From Octopus vulgaris (lineage: Eukaryota), in assembly GCA_951406725.2 (NCBI GenBank), contig OX597816.1:50778001-50842000 (forward strand): a DNA stretch of 64,000 bases, given 5' to 3'. Both the position numbers and the translations under genes were made by a program. This document shows, one piece after another, positions 26,922 through 38,165 of the stretch. A model generated the notes under the pieces. It was not told the DNA's origin and did no database searches. It saw only the letters and a list, made by a program, of their open reading frames with translations. Every line of letters starts with the position of its first letter. The first letter of the stretch is position 1.

Positions 26922-29900
26922 TTACCTGGTGCCAAACATACCCATCTTGTATGCCACAGGCTTCCATCTTTTCACAAACATATCTCGTGACAGACACCTC
27001 TTCTCCAGCCTGATTTTGCTACTGAGGTGGTAACTAAAAAAGTTAATCAACCCCTGGCCGAAGACAAAGGTGCCTGTCACTATACCTTTCGTACGCGTCT
27101 CCCATACTGTTTCTTTCAGTATGGCTACTACACAGAAAAAACAAGCCTTTCTTTCTCTGTTAAAGAAAGGGGGCGGCACAATCTCGATGATAGACTCAGC
27201 TGATAGCTGTACTCTTCCCATCACTGACAACAGTTGTTCAACAAAAGCTATCAGTCCCGATAACTCCGGACACTCCACGAATGCGTGCAAGACGGTCTCC
27301 CTATCCTGCTCACATCGCGGGCATGTCGGCGAGACGGCACTACCGTGCCTTGACAGCTTGTCGCGAACAGGTAAAGCCGCACGGAAACACTGCCAGGCCA
27401 GGGATTTCTGGTAATTATCCAGATACCCCGGCCCGAACGTCCTCCGGAACAGGTTGACCAACTGATTTTCATCGTAGCCCAGGGTCTCCCCCAAGGCGTC
27501 TTCGGACTTAATCTCCATTAACCCGCTATAGAAATCCGTGGTGGAACTCCTGTTGCCGGCGTTGCCCACCCGAGATAGTAGCTGGAGCGCCTGACGGCAC
27601 TCCAAATGCCATTCACTCAGTTTAGGTCTCCGCTTGATCCATGCACCGATGTCCGTTAGGGATGTTAACTGGGGAAGGTAGAACCGGACGTGCGGTGACC
27701 ACACCTGCTCTCCATCCAGGTAAAGCCAGAGGTGCCTCAACCTTAACGCGAGTTTTCGCATCCTCAGCCAAGGCATCCCTAGCCCACCCTTTAGCGGTTT
27801 CTGGCAGCAGACAGAGCGCTCCACAAAAATCGGAAAAGGATTCTCTCCAACTTGTTCAGCCACAAATCGGGGCAAGGCACCACGGTCAGACGGTAGGTGA
27901 TTACTGATGCTATAAACATCTGCACCACCTCCGCCTTCACTAGCAGGGATAACGCCCGCCCAGACCAGGTCTGGGTTAGAGCGGTCACCTTGTTGGCCAC
28001 CTCACTCCAATTTTTCTCAATCTGGAGGTCTGGCCCGAACCAGACTCCGAGCAGCTTAACAGGACCTTCCGTCCAACGCCCTACGACGTTATTGGACGGC
28101 ATCGGCTTGCCCCTCCAGGTGCCGAGTTGCAAACCGACCGACTTGTCCTTGTTAACCTTTGCTCCTGCCACCGCCTCGTAGCTTTTGATGGCCTCTTCCA
28201 CCACTGGAAGCTGGCCTTCGTCTGCCACGATGATGGAGGTGTCATCCGCATACGCCGTAGCTCCTCTTCCACACCATAGATCATGCGGCGCGCCCCCTAG
28301 TGCCTCCAACTTCCGCAGCAAAGGCTCAAGAGCCAATACGTATAGGAGCGAGGACAGGGGACACCCTTGACGAACTGAACGCTCGATCCTGAACGGCTTC
28401 GAAAAGGAACCGTTCACCTTGACTACAGACTCGATGTCGCTATACAAAGCAGCGATCCAACCTCGAAAGGTCGGGCCTAGGCCACCCTCTCCGAGGACCG
28501 CCGCCAGGTACCGATGGTCGACCCTATCAAATGCTTTGGACTGGTCTAAATGTACCAGTGCTCCCCCTGCGCCAGAAAGCTTCCCCACCCTCTCTAAGGA
28601 GTAGCGTATAAGGTGGAGATTGCCGTGGATCGTTCTGCCGGGGATAGCGCACGTTTGCGCTTCCCCGACAAGTTTGTCCAGGACCCGCGCCAACCTTTTT
28701 GCTAGCACCTTGGCCAGAATCTTTAACTCTGTGTTTAACAGAGTTATGGGCCTGAAGTTCCCTATCTCGTCCCCCTTGTTCGGGTCCTTCCTGATCAACG
28801 TCACCGCCCCCCGGCTCGCAGACTTGGGAATTCTCCCAATCTGCTGCCAGTTGGCGTAGACGCTAGCCAGCAGGTGCCCGAACAAGTCTGGCATACTTCT
28901 ATAAAATTCATAGGGCAGACCATCGAGACCCGGCGACTTCTCCCCGGGGCACTTGCCCAACACCTCGATTACTTCCTCGGCTGTGATTGGCCCTTCACAG
29001 CACTCAGCCTCTCGTGTCGAGAGCCGCGGGCCACCAGACAGGAAGTCCCTAAGGGCCTCACCATGATCCAGCGTCCCGCACCTCCCGAACAACTCGGCGA
29101 AGTGCTTGTGAAGTGCCTCACACATCTCGTCCCGCTTCTTGATCGTGCATCCGTTTTCATCAACAAGAGACCCAATTGTGGCATCGTTTCCACGCTGTGT
29201 TTCTATCGTACGGGCCCATCCAGCAACATTAATTCCCTCACGGCCCAATGCTCGTACTTTAGCCCGGACTCTACATCCCTCATGTTTGGTTTTGAGGTGA
29301 CGGTCTAATGCCGTTCTCGCCGCTAAAATGTGAGATGCAGAGCCCAACCTCAACGCCTCCTCTAAGTTCTTAACTAGTTGCCCTTCTATTCTAGCCCTAT
29401 CTAGTCTTAGTTGTTTACTAAATCTAATGGACTTGAATCGAATGGCTCTTTTGAGGGTGAACCACCACCGGTTATTAACCACGGCTCCGGTTAACGCCCT
29501 CTGCACTAACACCTTAATCCGGCTACGGTATGCCTCGCGTGTCAAAATAGAATTGTTCAGCTCCCAGTAGCCGGTTCCTATCTTAAGTGTGCTATCTATG
29601 TCCAGTCTACACGTGGCCATTCTATGGTCAGTGTAGGGCACCTGGACGAGCTGTGGACAACTAAAACTAGACTTATCTCTAGTTCTTATCACTATCCTGT
29701 CTAGATAAGACTTGAACCTTCCGTCGCCACTCATCCAGGTCCACTCTGGGACGTTCGGATGGTCAAGTCTGTAACGATCTGCCAGCTGAAACCGCTTAAG
29801 CAGATCCACGAGACGTGAGTTCACTTTCCTATAGATCGAGCCAACGCTATCGATGTGTACGTCAACGATAGCATTAAAGTCCCCTAATATCACTAAAGTC

Positions 29901-30300
29901 TTCGACGTCACGAGAAAGCCCTCTAGGCACCGATAAAAATCAGTTTGGAAACCTCTAGCACAAGGTGCATAGAGTCCGATCAACCTGAAGGCCTTACTGC
30001 TGTATGTCACATCAAGGACGACCAGCCCACCTTCTGGGTCTACATAGACTGTACTTGTCTGTAGAGCCAAGTCTTTACGGATCAGTACCACTACGCCCCT
30101 CGCCCTCCGGTCTGGCCAGGAGACATGATTTTCTCGTAGCCATTCAGAAGAGGCGAGAAGGTTTGTAGGCTGTCCAGCTTGGTCTCTGTAGCAACTATCA
30201 CATGTATATCATGTGATCTGAGGTCGTCGAGGAAACAAGCCTGCTTCCACTTCGAACTCAGACCACGCACATTTAAACAACCAAGGTTAAGCGAAGCCAT
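26922..30300 (-). pseudogene. LINE ORF2 (APE endonuclease, RT, C-terminal zinc finger) with two frameshifts
   Basis: CLNVRGL, ATETK, LYAP, GDFN, SYLDRI, TDH; KSPGLDGL, NFRPITLLN, LDQSKAFDRV, VRQGCPLS, AYADD; CPRC..ETVLHAFVEC. Breaks at ~30095 (extra G) and ~27820 (deletion after FLW). Confidence 0.93.
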
Positions 30301-30664
30301 TACAAAAAGTAAAAGTTCTACTTACATTTCGTTGGAGAGGTGGGGGCCGACCTCACCACACGTTTGTGGGCCCCTTCTTTCTCCTCTTTCTTCAGATAGT
30401 CCGGCAAGTTCGCGATATGCCGGATGGCGTTTGGGTGTATGTCTTTTAATTGTTTGAACGTTGTTTCCGCAATCCACGCGTGTCTATTTCGATCTTTGTA
30501 TATGTTGTACAGTCTTGCTGACTGATGCTGAACCACAATATCGTTTATGTATTTGTCTTGTGTGTCGAATTAAATTAATATGAGTTCATTTTCATTTTTG
30601 TCTTCTTTTTCTGGGCCAGTTGAGCGAGATTTTTTTCCGTGTCTGTGGTGTGTCTTTGTTTTTA

Positions 30665-31744
30665 TTATTTTTTTGTAGGGGATGTGGACGGGGATGCTGC
30701 ACGAATTCTTTTACGAACTGGTGTAAATCCCCCCTCTGATACCTCCATGGTATCGTCTGGGGTAGCAATAGTTTGTTCGGTAGGCGCCGCAGTTTTTAGG
30801 GGGGTGGGAGGTTTTAATAATGTAGGGGTTTGTGAGTGCGAGGGCTGGGTTTTTTCTTCAGTCTGTTTTGGGGTTGGCACCGTAACAGCAGGAGTAGGAT
30901 TTTTTGTTTTTGTTGGGGTAGGTGTGTTTGCGAGGGTAGGGACTTTTTTATTATCTGAGGGGCCTGGTGTCTGCGGTTTCTTTTGCTTGTCTGGACAGTC
31001 TACACGAATGTGGCCCTTTTTGCCGCAGGCGTAACAGGTGGGTTTTCGGCCTTCGACCTGTACCCTGAGGGCTACGTTCTCGCCCACGAGCACCCTCTCA
31101 GGAAGGAGCTGCAGGTCCTCCGCTGTTCCTTGAATTAATATATTAATGTTACGCCCGAGCCAAAATCGAGGGGTAGAGCATGTTACTTGAAGTATTTTTA
31201 TTTTGTCCGCCCTTTTATATAACAGGGCGGCTACTACCTCTACCGGATCTACTTCCGGCGGGGCTTCTACAATCCTGACCCGGGACGTCCTGCGTCCCCT
31301 ATAGCTTGGGAAAAGTACCACCTCCTTGGTTTTTAGGGGGTTCACAGAATGCCCGCGTGCCATTTCTTCCCCCGAGAAGCGGACATCCACAGTGCCATAT
31401 GCCCGTCCCCTGGCGACGTACACGATGTCCTTCCAAATCGGGGACAGGCATTTCTCGATGGTGCTTTTTTCAAAGTGTTTGAACCTTCTGCTTTGTGGAC
31501 AGAAAGTTTTGAACACTACGGTCCGCTTCTCGGTCTCCACGATACTGGCGGAGGGTGATATTTTAACATCACCACCCTCCTCTTGCATTCTTTTAAATAG
31601 CTCGACGAGCTGATTGACATCGATGTCAATGTTCTCGGTAGCCACTGCGGCTACCGCAGAAAATTTTTTAACACTGCTCTCCTCAAGAGCACTACTTTCG
31701 TGAATAATTTCAACAGGCATTATTCTGTTGAAATTAGACAACAC
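30665..31744 (-). CDS. LINE ORF1 gag-like protein with CCHC zinc knuckle
   Basis: 359-aa ORF with CYACGKKGHIRVDC followed by a Pro/Thr-rich tail; the true start may be the ATG of MPVEII. Confidence 0.85.
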   Translation of the reverse strand: MLSNFNRIMPVEIIHESSALEESSVKKFSAVAAVATENIDIDVNQLVELFKRMQEEGGDVKISPSASIVETEKRTVVFKTFCPQSRRFKHFEKSTIEKCLSPIWKDIVYVARGRAYGTVDVRFSGEEMARGHSVNPLKTKEVVLFPSYRGRRTSRVRIVEAPPEVDPVEVVAALLYKRADKIKILQVTCSTPRFWLGRNINILIQGTAEDLQLLPERVLVGENVALRVQVEGRKPTCYACGKKGHIRVDCPDKQKKPQTPGPSDNKKVPTLANTPTPTKTKNPTPAVTVPTPKQTEEKTQPSHSQTPTLLKPPTPLKTAAPTEQTIATPDDTMEVSEGGFTPVRKRIRAASPSTSPTKK

Positions 31745-32421
31745 AAAAATTACGAATATTGGTTTCCCACAAAACTGGGAAACCTATAGAAAGTTTTTCT
31801 TCCAAAGTAGTTCAAAAAAGCAGTTCAAAAATTCCAATTCCCACCCCCATTCGGGGGAGGGGCACGAAAATAGTCTGGCAGGACTATATATAGTCACGTA
31901 AATAAAAAGCCACAATGGCTAACAGTTCAACGGTAAGAAATTATTCAATTATTTCCCGGTAAAACCGGAGAACAAGACAGTTCAGCAACGTTTAAAGGCA
32001 AATTTTCAGTAGTAGGAATTCAACAATTAACAACACAGCAAAACTCTTACCGGAAAGAAAACGCGTCCAAACCGTAGTACGGTAAGCAAAGTCACTCTTC
32101 TGTCAGTGAGGTTAGCAAGCTACTTACCACACAGCCACTCCTGCGCCTATCTGTGTACATTTCTTCGCGCTTTGCACATGATCTTCACTGGCATTTTTAT
32201 AAAGCATTTGTTAGTCTTCAGTTAATATGTGAGCTTTAGAAACACATTCTTTTACGATCATATTTACAGTTGATCACTCTGATAGACTATTTCCGTTTTA
32301 CTTCAATAATAGAATACTGATAGGAAGATTTTATCTAACTTTTACGCGGTTCAGTATTGAGCTTGGCGTCTGAAAATATTCTATTATCAGTTATTTTTTG
32401 TTAATGTCCTATGTACTAGCT

Positions 32422-32521
32422 NNNNNNNNNNNNNNNNNNNNNNNNNNNNNNNNNNNNNNNNNNNNNNNNNNNNNNNNNNNNNNNNNNNNNNNNNNNNNNN
32501 NNNNNNNNNNNNNNNNNNNNN
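32422..32521. other. Assembly gap (100 N)
   Basis: Run of N. Confidence 1.
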
Positions 32522-32904
32522 ATACTAAGCATTACGATTTTTTTTCTTCTGAAATTTATTTCATACTTGTTGGAATTATTTCCGGTTTTCGTTGAGGGAC
32601 GCTAACGACAGTTTCAAGTTCTCCATTCGCTTCCTCGATGAAAAAAGATAGGTGTAGACGCGATAGGTGAAGCCTACGTATATTACGTACTATTATCCCA
32701 TTATTAAATGACTCATAAAATTTACGGTATACCAGTGAAAGAGCATAACCTATCTATGTGTCTGTATGTATATATAATTGTGTGTATGTATGTTAATAAT
32801 CACACCATAAAATCTATATTGGTACGAAGTAATAATACGTGTATTTGTTAAAAGTCTGAACAAAATCTGATTTTTTTGTGTATATGAATACTTTTATCTA
32901 TACT

Positions 32905-32977
<73 letters not shown>

Positions 32978-32979
<2 letters not shown>

Positions 32980-33294
32980 CGAAGGCGATTGATTCAGTGG
33001 TTAGAGCAACGATCTTACGACCGTGAGGTTGTGAGTTCGAATCCTGGACCGGGCTGCGTGTCGTGTTCTTGAGCAAGCACTTTATTTCACGTTGCTCTAG
33101 TTCACTCAGCTGTAGAAATGAGTTGCAACGTCACCGATGCGAAGCTGTATTGGCCTTTCCCTTTCCGTTGGATAACATCGGTGGCGTAGAGACGGGAGGC
33201 TGGTATGCATGGGCGACTGCTGGTCTTCCATAAACAAACTTGCCCGGACTTTCTACGTGCAACCCCAAGGTCATTCGTGACCGAAAGGGGTTCT

Positions 33295-33298
<4 letters not shown>
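32978..33298 (+). mobile_element. tRNA-derived SINE family C (CORE-like domain) inserted in (TA)n
   Basis: A-box-like TGATTCAGTGG, B-box GAGTTCGAATCC, CORE-like TTCTTGAGCAAGCACTTTA..CAGCTGTAGAAATGAG. Confidence 0.8.
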
Positions 33299-33348
<50 letters not shown>

Positions 33349-34203
33349 GCATACACACATATATGTATATGATGACCTATACTTTAGAGACAGTCGACAG
33401 TCTCACAAAACATTTATTTGAACAAAATAATGTGTAATGGCCTAGAAACAATGTTGCAATTTAATAAAATGCATAATAATATATATTAAGGAAGAATTAC
33501 CGAGGTATTCTTACGTAAGCAAAGCAAATATACGTGTAATGAGGTGCATGGCAGTAATATAGCCCAATAATGTGTAAATGCCAATTACGCCTTTACACAA
33601 ATCGACAATACATTCCGATTAACGGTCATATTGGTTAATGCATCTTCCGTAACAAGAATACAAAAATAAAAATCTGTCGATAGTTTATTTATTTCGTTGA
33701 GAGATACACCAATGGAGTATATAACTTCCTTTCAAACTTGCTCATTTTTTATTCATATTAACAAATACAGTACCATTATATATGAAAATGGCAGCAACAA
33801 GAAAGTTTATGGGATTCTATAAATCGAAATCAAAGGAAACGCAAACACTGACGTGTCGTATCTGCGGAAAAAATATAAAGTAGAATTGTACGTATATTAT
33901 CCTCTCAGAAGTAGAGAGAGAAAAAAGCGCAACCAGTCTATGTGTTTTTCTATTCTGTTGCTAGAAAGAGAAAACTCATAAAAAATATATTATACAATTT
34001 AAGTTATCATAGTCGTAGAAAATTCCCATTATATAACATAAGAATTTATTCGGATATATTATGCAAAAAGTTTAAGCAACAATAATAAAAGCTTGAAATT
34101 TCTTAAGCTTTGAGCAGAAATCCTATAGAGCATTGCTTCAAAGCCAAGTACACCGTACGTGTATATACGTTCATAGAAACACAGTATGTACGGAAGTGTA
34201 TTC

Positions 34204-34257
<54 letters not shown>

Positions 34258-34557
34258 CTAGCAGTATCACCCGGCGTTGCTCGGGTTTGTAAGGGAAATA
34301 ACTATAAAGCATTTTTAAAGAGTTACTTCCCTTATATAATAGCAAAAAATGCATTAAGATAGAAAAAAATGATGGTAAATTATTTTTAAAATCGTAGAAT
34401 CATCATAGACGCGCGTTAATACGCAGAAGGGCTCGATATGAATCACGACTATAAGATACCCGGTTTTGGTTAAACTGCACCGCAAAATGTGGGAGTAGTT
34501 AGGAATCTAAATCGTAGGAGACAGACACTCACACAACTTCACTTTTATATATATAGA
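34258..34557 (-). mobile_element. Non-autonomous Helitron-type element (300 bp)
   Basis: Minus strand begins TC(TATATATATAAAAG), ends CTAG, inserted between A and T, with GC-rich hairpin ACCCGAGCAACGCCGGGT at 34269-34286 just before the end. Confidence 0.85.
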
Positions 34558-34662
34558 TATGTATAGAGTATAAGAGAGAGAGAGATCGACTGTGAGAGAA
34601 AAAATAGTCGTGGGGAGAGAGATTTCTACAAATATATGTGTGTGTGTATGTATGTGTATATG

Positions 34663-34710
<48 letters not shown>

Positions 34711-34727
34711 GTGTGTGTGTGTGTGTG

Positions 34728-34792
<65 letters not shown>

Positions 34793-34970
34793 TGATTTCA
34801 AGGTGAAGGTTATCCTTCAAATATTCGGCATCTGACACACACTATACTTCATATTAAAAATACATACATAACTAGGTAATAATGATGCGTATCAAATAAT
34901 TCTAAAAAATTATTTACTTGTATTACTAATATGTTACAATATATATCCTTTACTAATATATAGAAGCTTC

Positions 34971-35358
34971 TGTGGAGGCGCAATGGCCCAGTGGTTAGGG
35001 CAGCGGACTCGAGGTCGTAGGATCGCGGTTTCGATTCCCAGACCGGGCGTTGTGAGTGTTTATTGAGCGAAAACACCTAAAGCTCCACGAGGCTCCGGCA
35101 GGGATGGTGGTGATCCCTGCTGTACTCTTTCACCACAACTTTCTCTCACTCTTACTTCCTGTTTCTGTTGTACCTGTATTTCAAAGAGGCCGGCCTTGTC
35201 ACTCTCTGTGTCACGCTGAATATCCCCGAGAACTAAGTTAAGGGTACACGTGTCTGTGGAGTGCTCAGCCACTTACACGTTAATTTCACGAGCAGGCTGT
35301 TCCGTTGATCGGATCAACCGGAACCCTCGTCGTCGTAACCGACGGAGTGCTTCCATCC
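34971..35358 (+). mobile_element. tRNA-derived SINE family D with 9-bp TSD
   Basis: A-box TGGCCCAGTGG, B-box-like GGTTTCGATTCC; TSD AGAAGCTTC at 34962-34970 and 35359-35367. Confidence 0.9.
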
Positions 35359-35624
35359 AGAAGCTTCAAATGCAGCTTCAATATATTCGTAAAGGATTGG
35401 CAAAGTAGTTTATTGCCACATGTGATTACCTTATAAAATAATATTTTCACATGCAAAAACATATTTTCATGACATTCAATGCCTGCCCTGCACGCATGCA
35501 AACAATGCACACTTTCTTCCCCCCAAACACATATATAGCAAATCGGAGTCAGTGAACATGTGTGATTCTATAACGATATATGTGTGTATGAGTCGACTAC
35601 AAATTTTCTAACGATGTAACGTTT

Positions 35625-35690
<66 letters not shown>

Positions 35691-36082
35691 CACACACACA
35701 CACATATATATATATACTCTTTTACCTGTTTTAGTTATTTGACAGCGGCCATGCTGAAGCTCCGCTTTTAGTCGAGCTTATTCTTTGTCTTCTTCTTCTT
35801 CTTCTTCTTCTTCTTCTTCTTCTTTTTCTCCTTCTTCTCTGCCAAGAATTCACTACGACCTCGAGCCCGCAAGATTAAATAAGAGAAAAGAGACAGGGAG
35901 AAACAAGGAAAATGGCCCTTATATTTGATTAGTATGCATGTATTCTTTTAAAACACTTTTCTTTTAATTTTTCTAAAATTTAATTGTTTTCCATGCTTCC
36001 AGTACAAAGTCCCAATGACTGAAACTGGTACTGAAATGTTATTATACAATTGTTTTAGCATTTTATACCTTGACTTTTTCCC

Positions 36083-36173
<91 letters not shown>

Positions 36174-36254
36174 TGTGTGAGTGTGTGTCTGTGTGTGAGT
36201 CTGTGTGTGTGTTTGTTTGTGTATGTATGTGTATACATACATAAATATATAAAG

Positions 36255-36330
<76 letters not shown>

Positions 36331-36470
36331 AGCCATACATAAATATATAAAGATATGTATATATATATATATATATATAAGGAAAAATTTTTTTAAAAAA
36401 GCAGAATGCTCAAATGAAAGAAAATTGTTTTAATAAAATGAGAAATTGATAAAATATATAAATATATATT

Positions 36471-36511
36471 TATTCAACCGGTTTTCGTCATTGTATGACT
36501 TGTCAAGAATA
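36471..36511 (-). ncRNA. Variant hammerhead-like motif (PLE-2 inverted arm)
   Basis: Reverse complement of 41075-41115. Confidence 0.62.
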
Positions 36512-37140
36512 TTTATGTTTTAAAAAGTTTTTTTAAAAATTAGAAAGGGGAAAAAAAGAAAATTGCATTGTTTTTTGTAAAAGAATAATGATAAAAATGT
36601 ACAAAAATTAAAAAATAAGTTCTCCGATACATTGTGAGTTCGTTGTGTATCTTGAGTTTTATGGTTGTTTACGAAAAAATTACCTTGAGGTGTTAAGATC
36701 CAAAGGGATTAAGAGCATGTGTTGTGTTGTTAAATTCAGCATGTTTGCAGGACAGGAGGTAGTAGTAATTGTGGTCCTGGTTCTTCAGTTCCTGTGTTGT
36801 GAGTAAGGGGAGACAACTCTTTTGAGTTCTTCAATAAAACCCAAATTATAAAATTATCATTTTAGCTTCATTTGCGTTATCTTTTTTTATATAATTGCTT
36901 GTTAACTTAACTTTCAGATTTTAACACTTTATTTATATTATTTTCTAATTATATAAATCTGCATAGACAATTGCATTTCAAATTGTCATATCATTTATAA
37001 TAAAAATGATAGTAATAACAACAATAGTAAAATTGATATTTAAAGAATATAAGTTTTAGCTTGAAGTGATGAATGCATGGTATCTTTATATATTTGTGTT
37101 AGTCTATCCATGAAGAGTGAAGTAGAGATAGGAAGTTTGA

Positions 37141-37900
37141 TCAACGAGGAGTTTGCATATTAAGTTGTGTTTGGAATTTTTCAATAAAGAGATTCTCCTT
37201 GTTAATTCTCTCCTGTGTGGTGATCCCGTCTTTACATTGGTAGAAGGGGAATATATAGAATTTGGGGTTTAAGTCTTTAGCACATGAGTCTAAGTGGTCA
37301 CTCAGTGGAATTTGTCGGTATTCCGGGAGATTTATTTGTTCTTTATGCACCGTTACTCGTTTACGTAACGGGAGACTCGTTTGTCCAACATAATTATGTT
37401 GGCAACCAGCGCATGTGAGAACGTAGATAAGGTTCTCGGAGGAACAGGAGAAGTTAGTCTTGATTTTAAACTTCGTACCTTGTTTGAAGGTAAATTCAGA
37501 GCCTTCAAGTAGAAAGGGGCAGGTACCACAGTTTGAGCGTGCACATTTTTTTACTGTTGGGGGTGGATGTGGTGTGTGAAGTTTGGCATTTGTCAAGAGT
37601 TTTTTTAAAGATTTGTTTTGCCTTTTGCATTTGAGGATTTTGTGTGTATTTATAATGTTTTTCATTTTTGGGTCTGTTGACAGTAGACTGAGGTTTTGTA
37701 TGATTGTGGTGTATGCTTCGATATTTTGGGGGTTGTGGGTGGAAATGTATGGAAGTATTTTGAGGTTGTGTGTGGTGTTAGGTTGGGTGGTTTCAGTGTA
37801 GTGTTGTCTAGTTCTTTGGCGCGTTTTATTCCATAATCTATAAGGGTGGAGGGATATTGACGTTGTAATAGTGTTTTTTTGAGGTCTTGAAGGCGTATTT
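37141..37900 (-). pseudogene. Inverted duplicate of the PLE-2 thumb/GIY-YIG region
   Basis: Near-identical peptide to the 39652-40446 ORF. Confidence 0.92.
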
Positions 37901-38165
37901 TAGGAACCCAATCACCACAACTACATACCCCCCTACATCCCCCCATACAATCTACCAGACACACACTCACAAACCCATCGCATTTCTCACAAATCCTTAC
38001 ACCATCGCATCCCATACCAACACAAATACGACAACTACCTACCCCCTCCAACCCCCCACCCAAAAACACTCCTACACATACAACCAGAACTTTAACAAAG
38101 AATACAACCCTTACCTCAACAACCATTTTTTAGACAGAGGGGAAAAATACAAACACCACCGCTAA
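37901..38165 (+). CDS. 5'-truncated Pro/Thr/Asn/Tyr-rich upstream ORF of PLE-2, overlapping the RT frame
   Basis: Open frame ending NNHFLDRGEKYKHHR*; overlaps the -1 frame across T TTT TTA at 38126-38132. Confidence 0.5.

Larger units (their letters stand above)
26694..32109 (-). mobile_element. Full-length Tx1/L1-type non-LTR retrotransposon with 16-bp TSD
   Basis: TSD GGTTAGCAAGCTACTT at 26678-26693 and 32110-32125; ~365-nt 5' UTR, ORF1, ORF2, ~230-nt 3' UTR; no poly(A) tract. Confidence 0.95.
26303..32150 (-). mobile_element. SINE family A copy split by the Tx1 LINE (pieces 26303-26693 and 32110-32150)
   Basis: Head ATAGGCGCAGGAGTGGCTGTGTGGTAAGTAGCTTGC at 32150-32116 continues at 26693 into the normal SINE body. 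Confidence 0.92.

Noticed and set aside
27070-31613. Plus-strand ORFs antisense to the LINE
   Set aside because: Shadow ORFs of GC-richer coding sequence.
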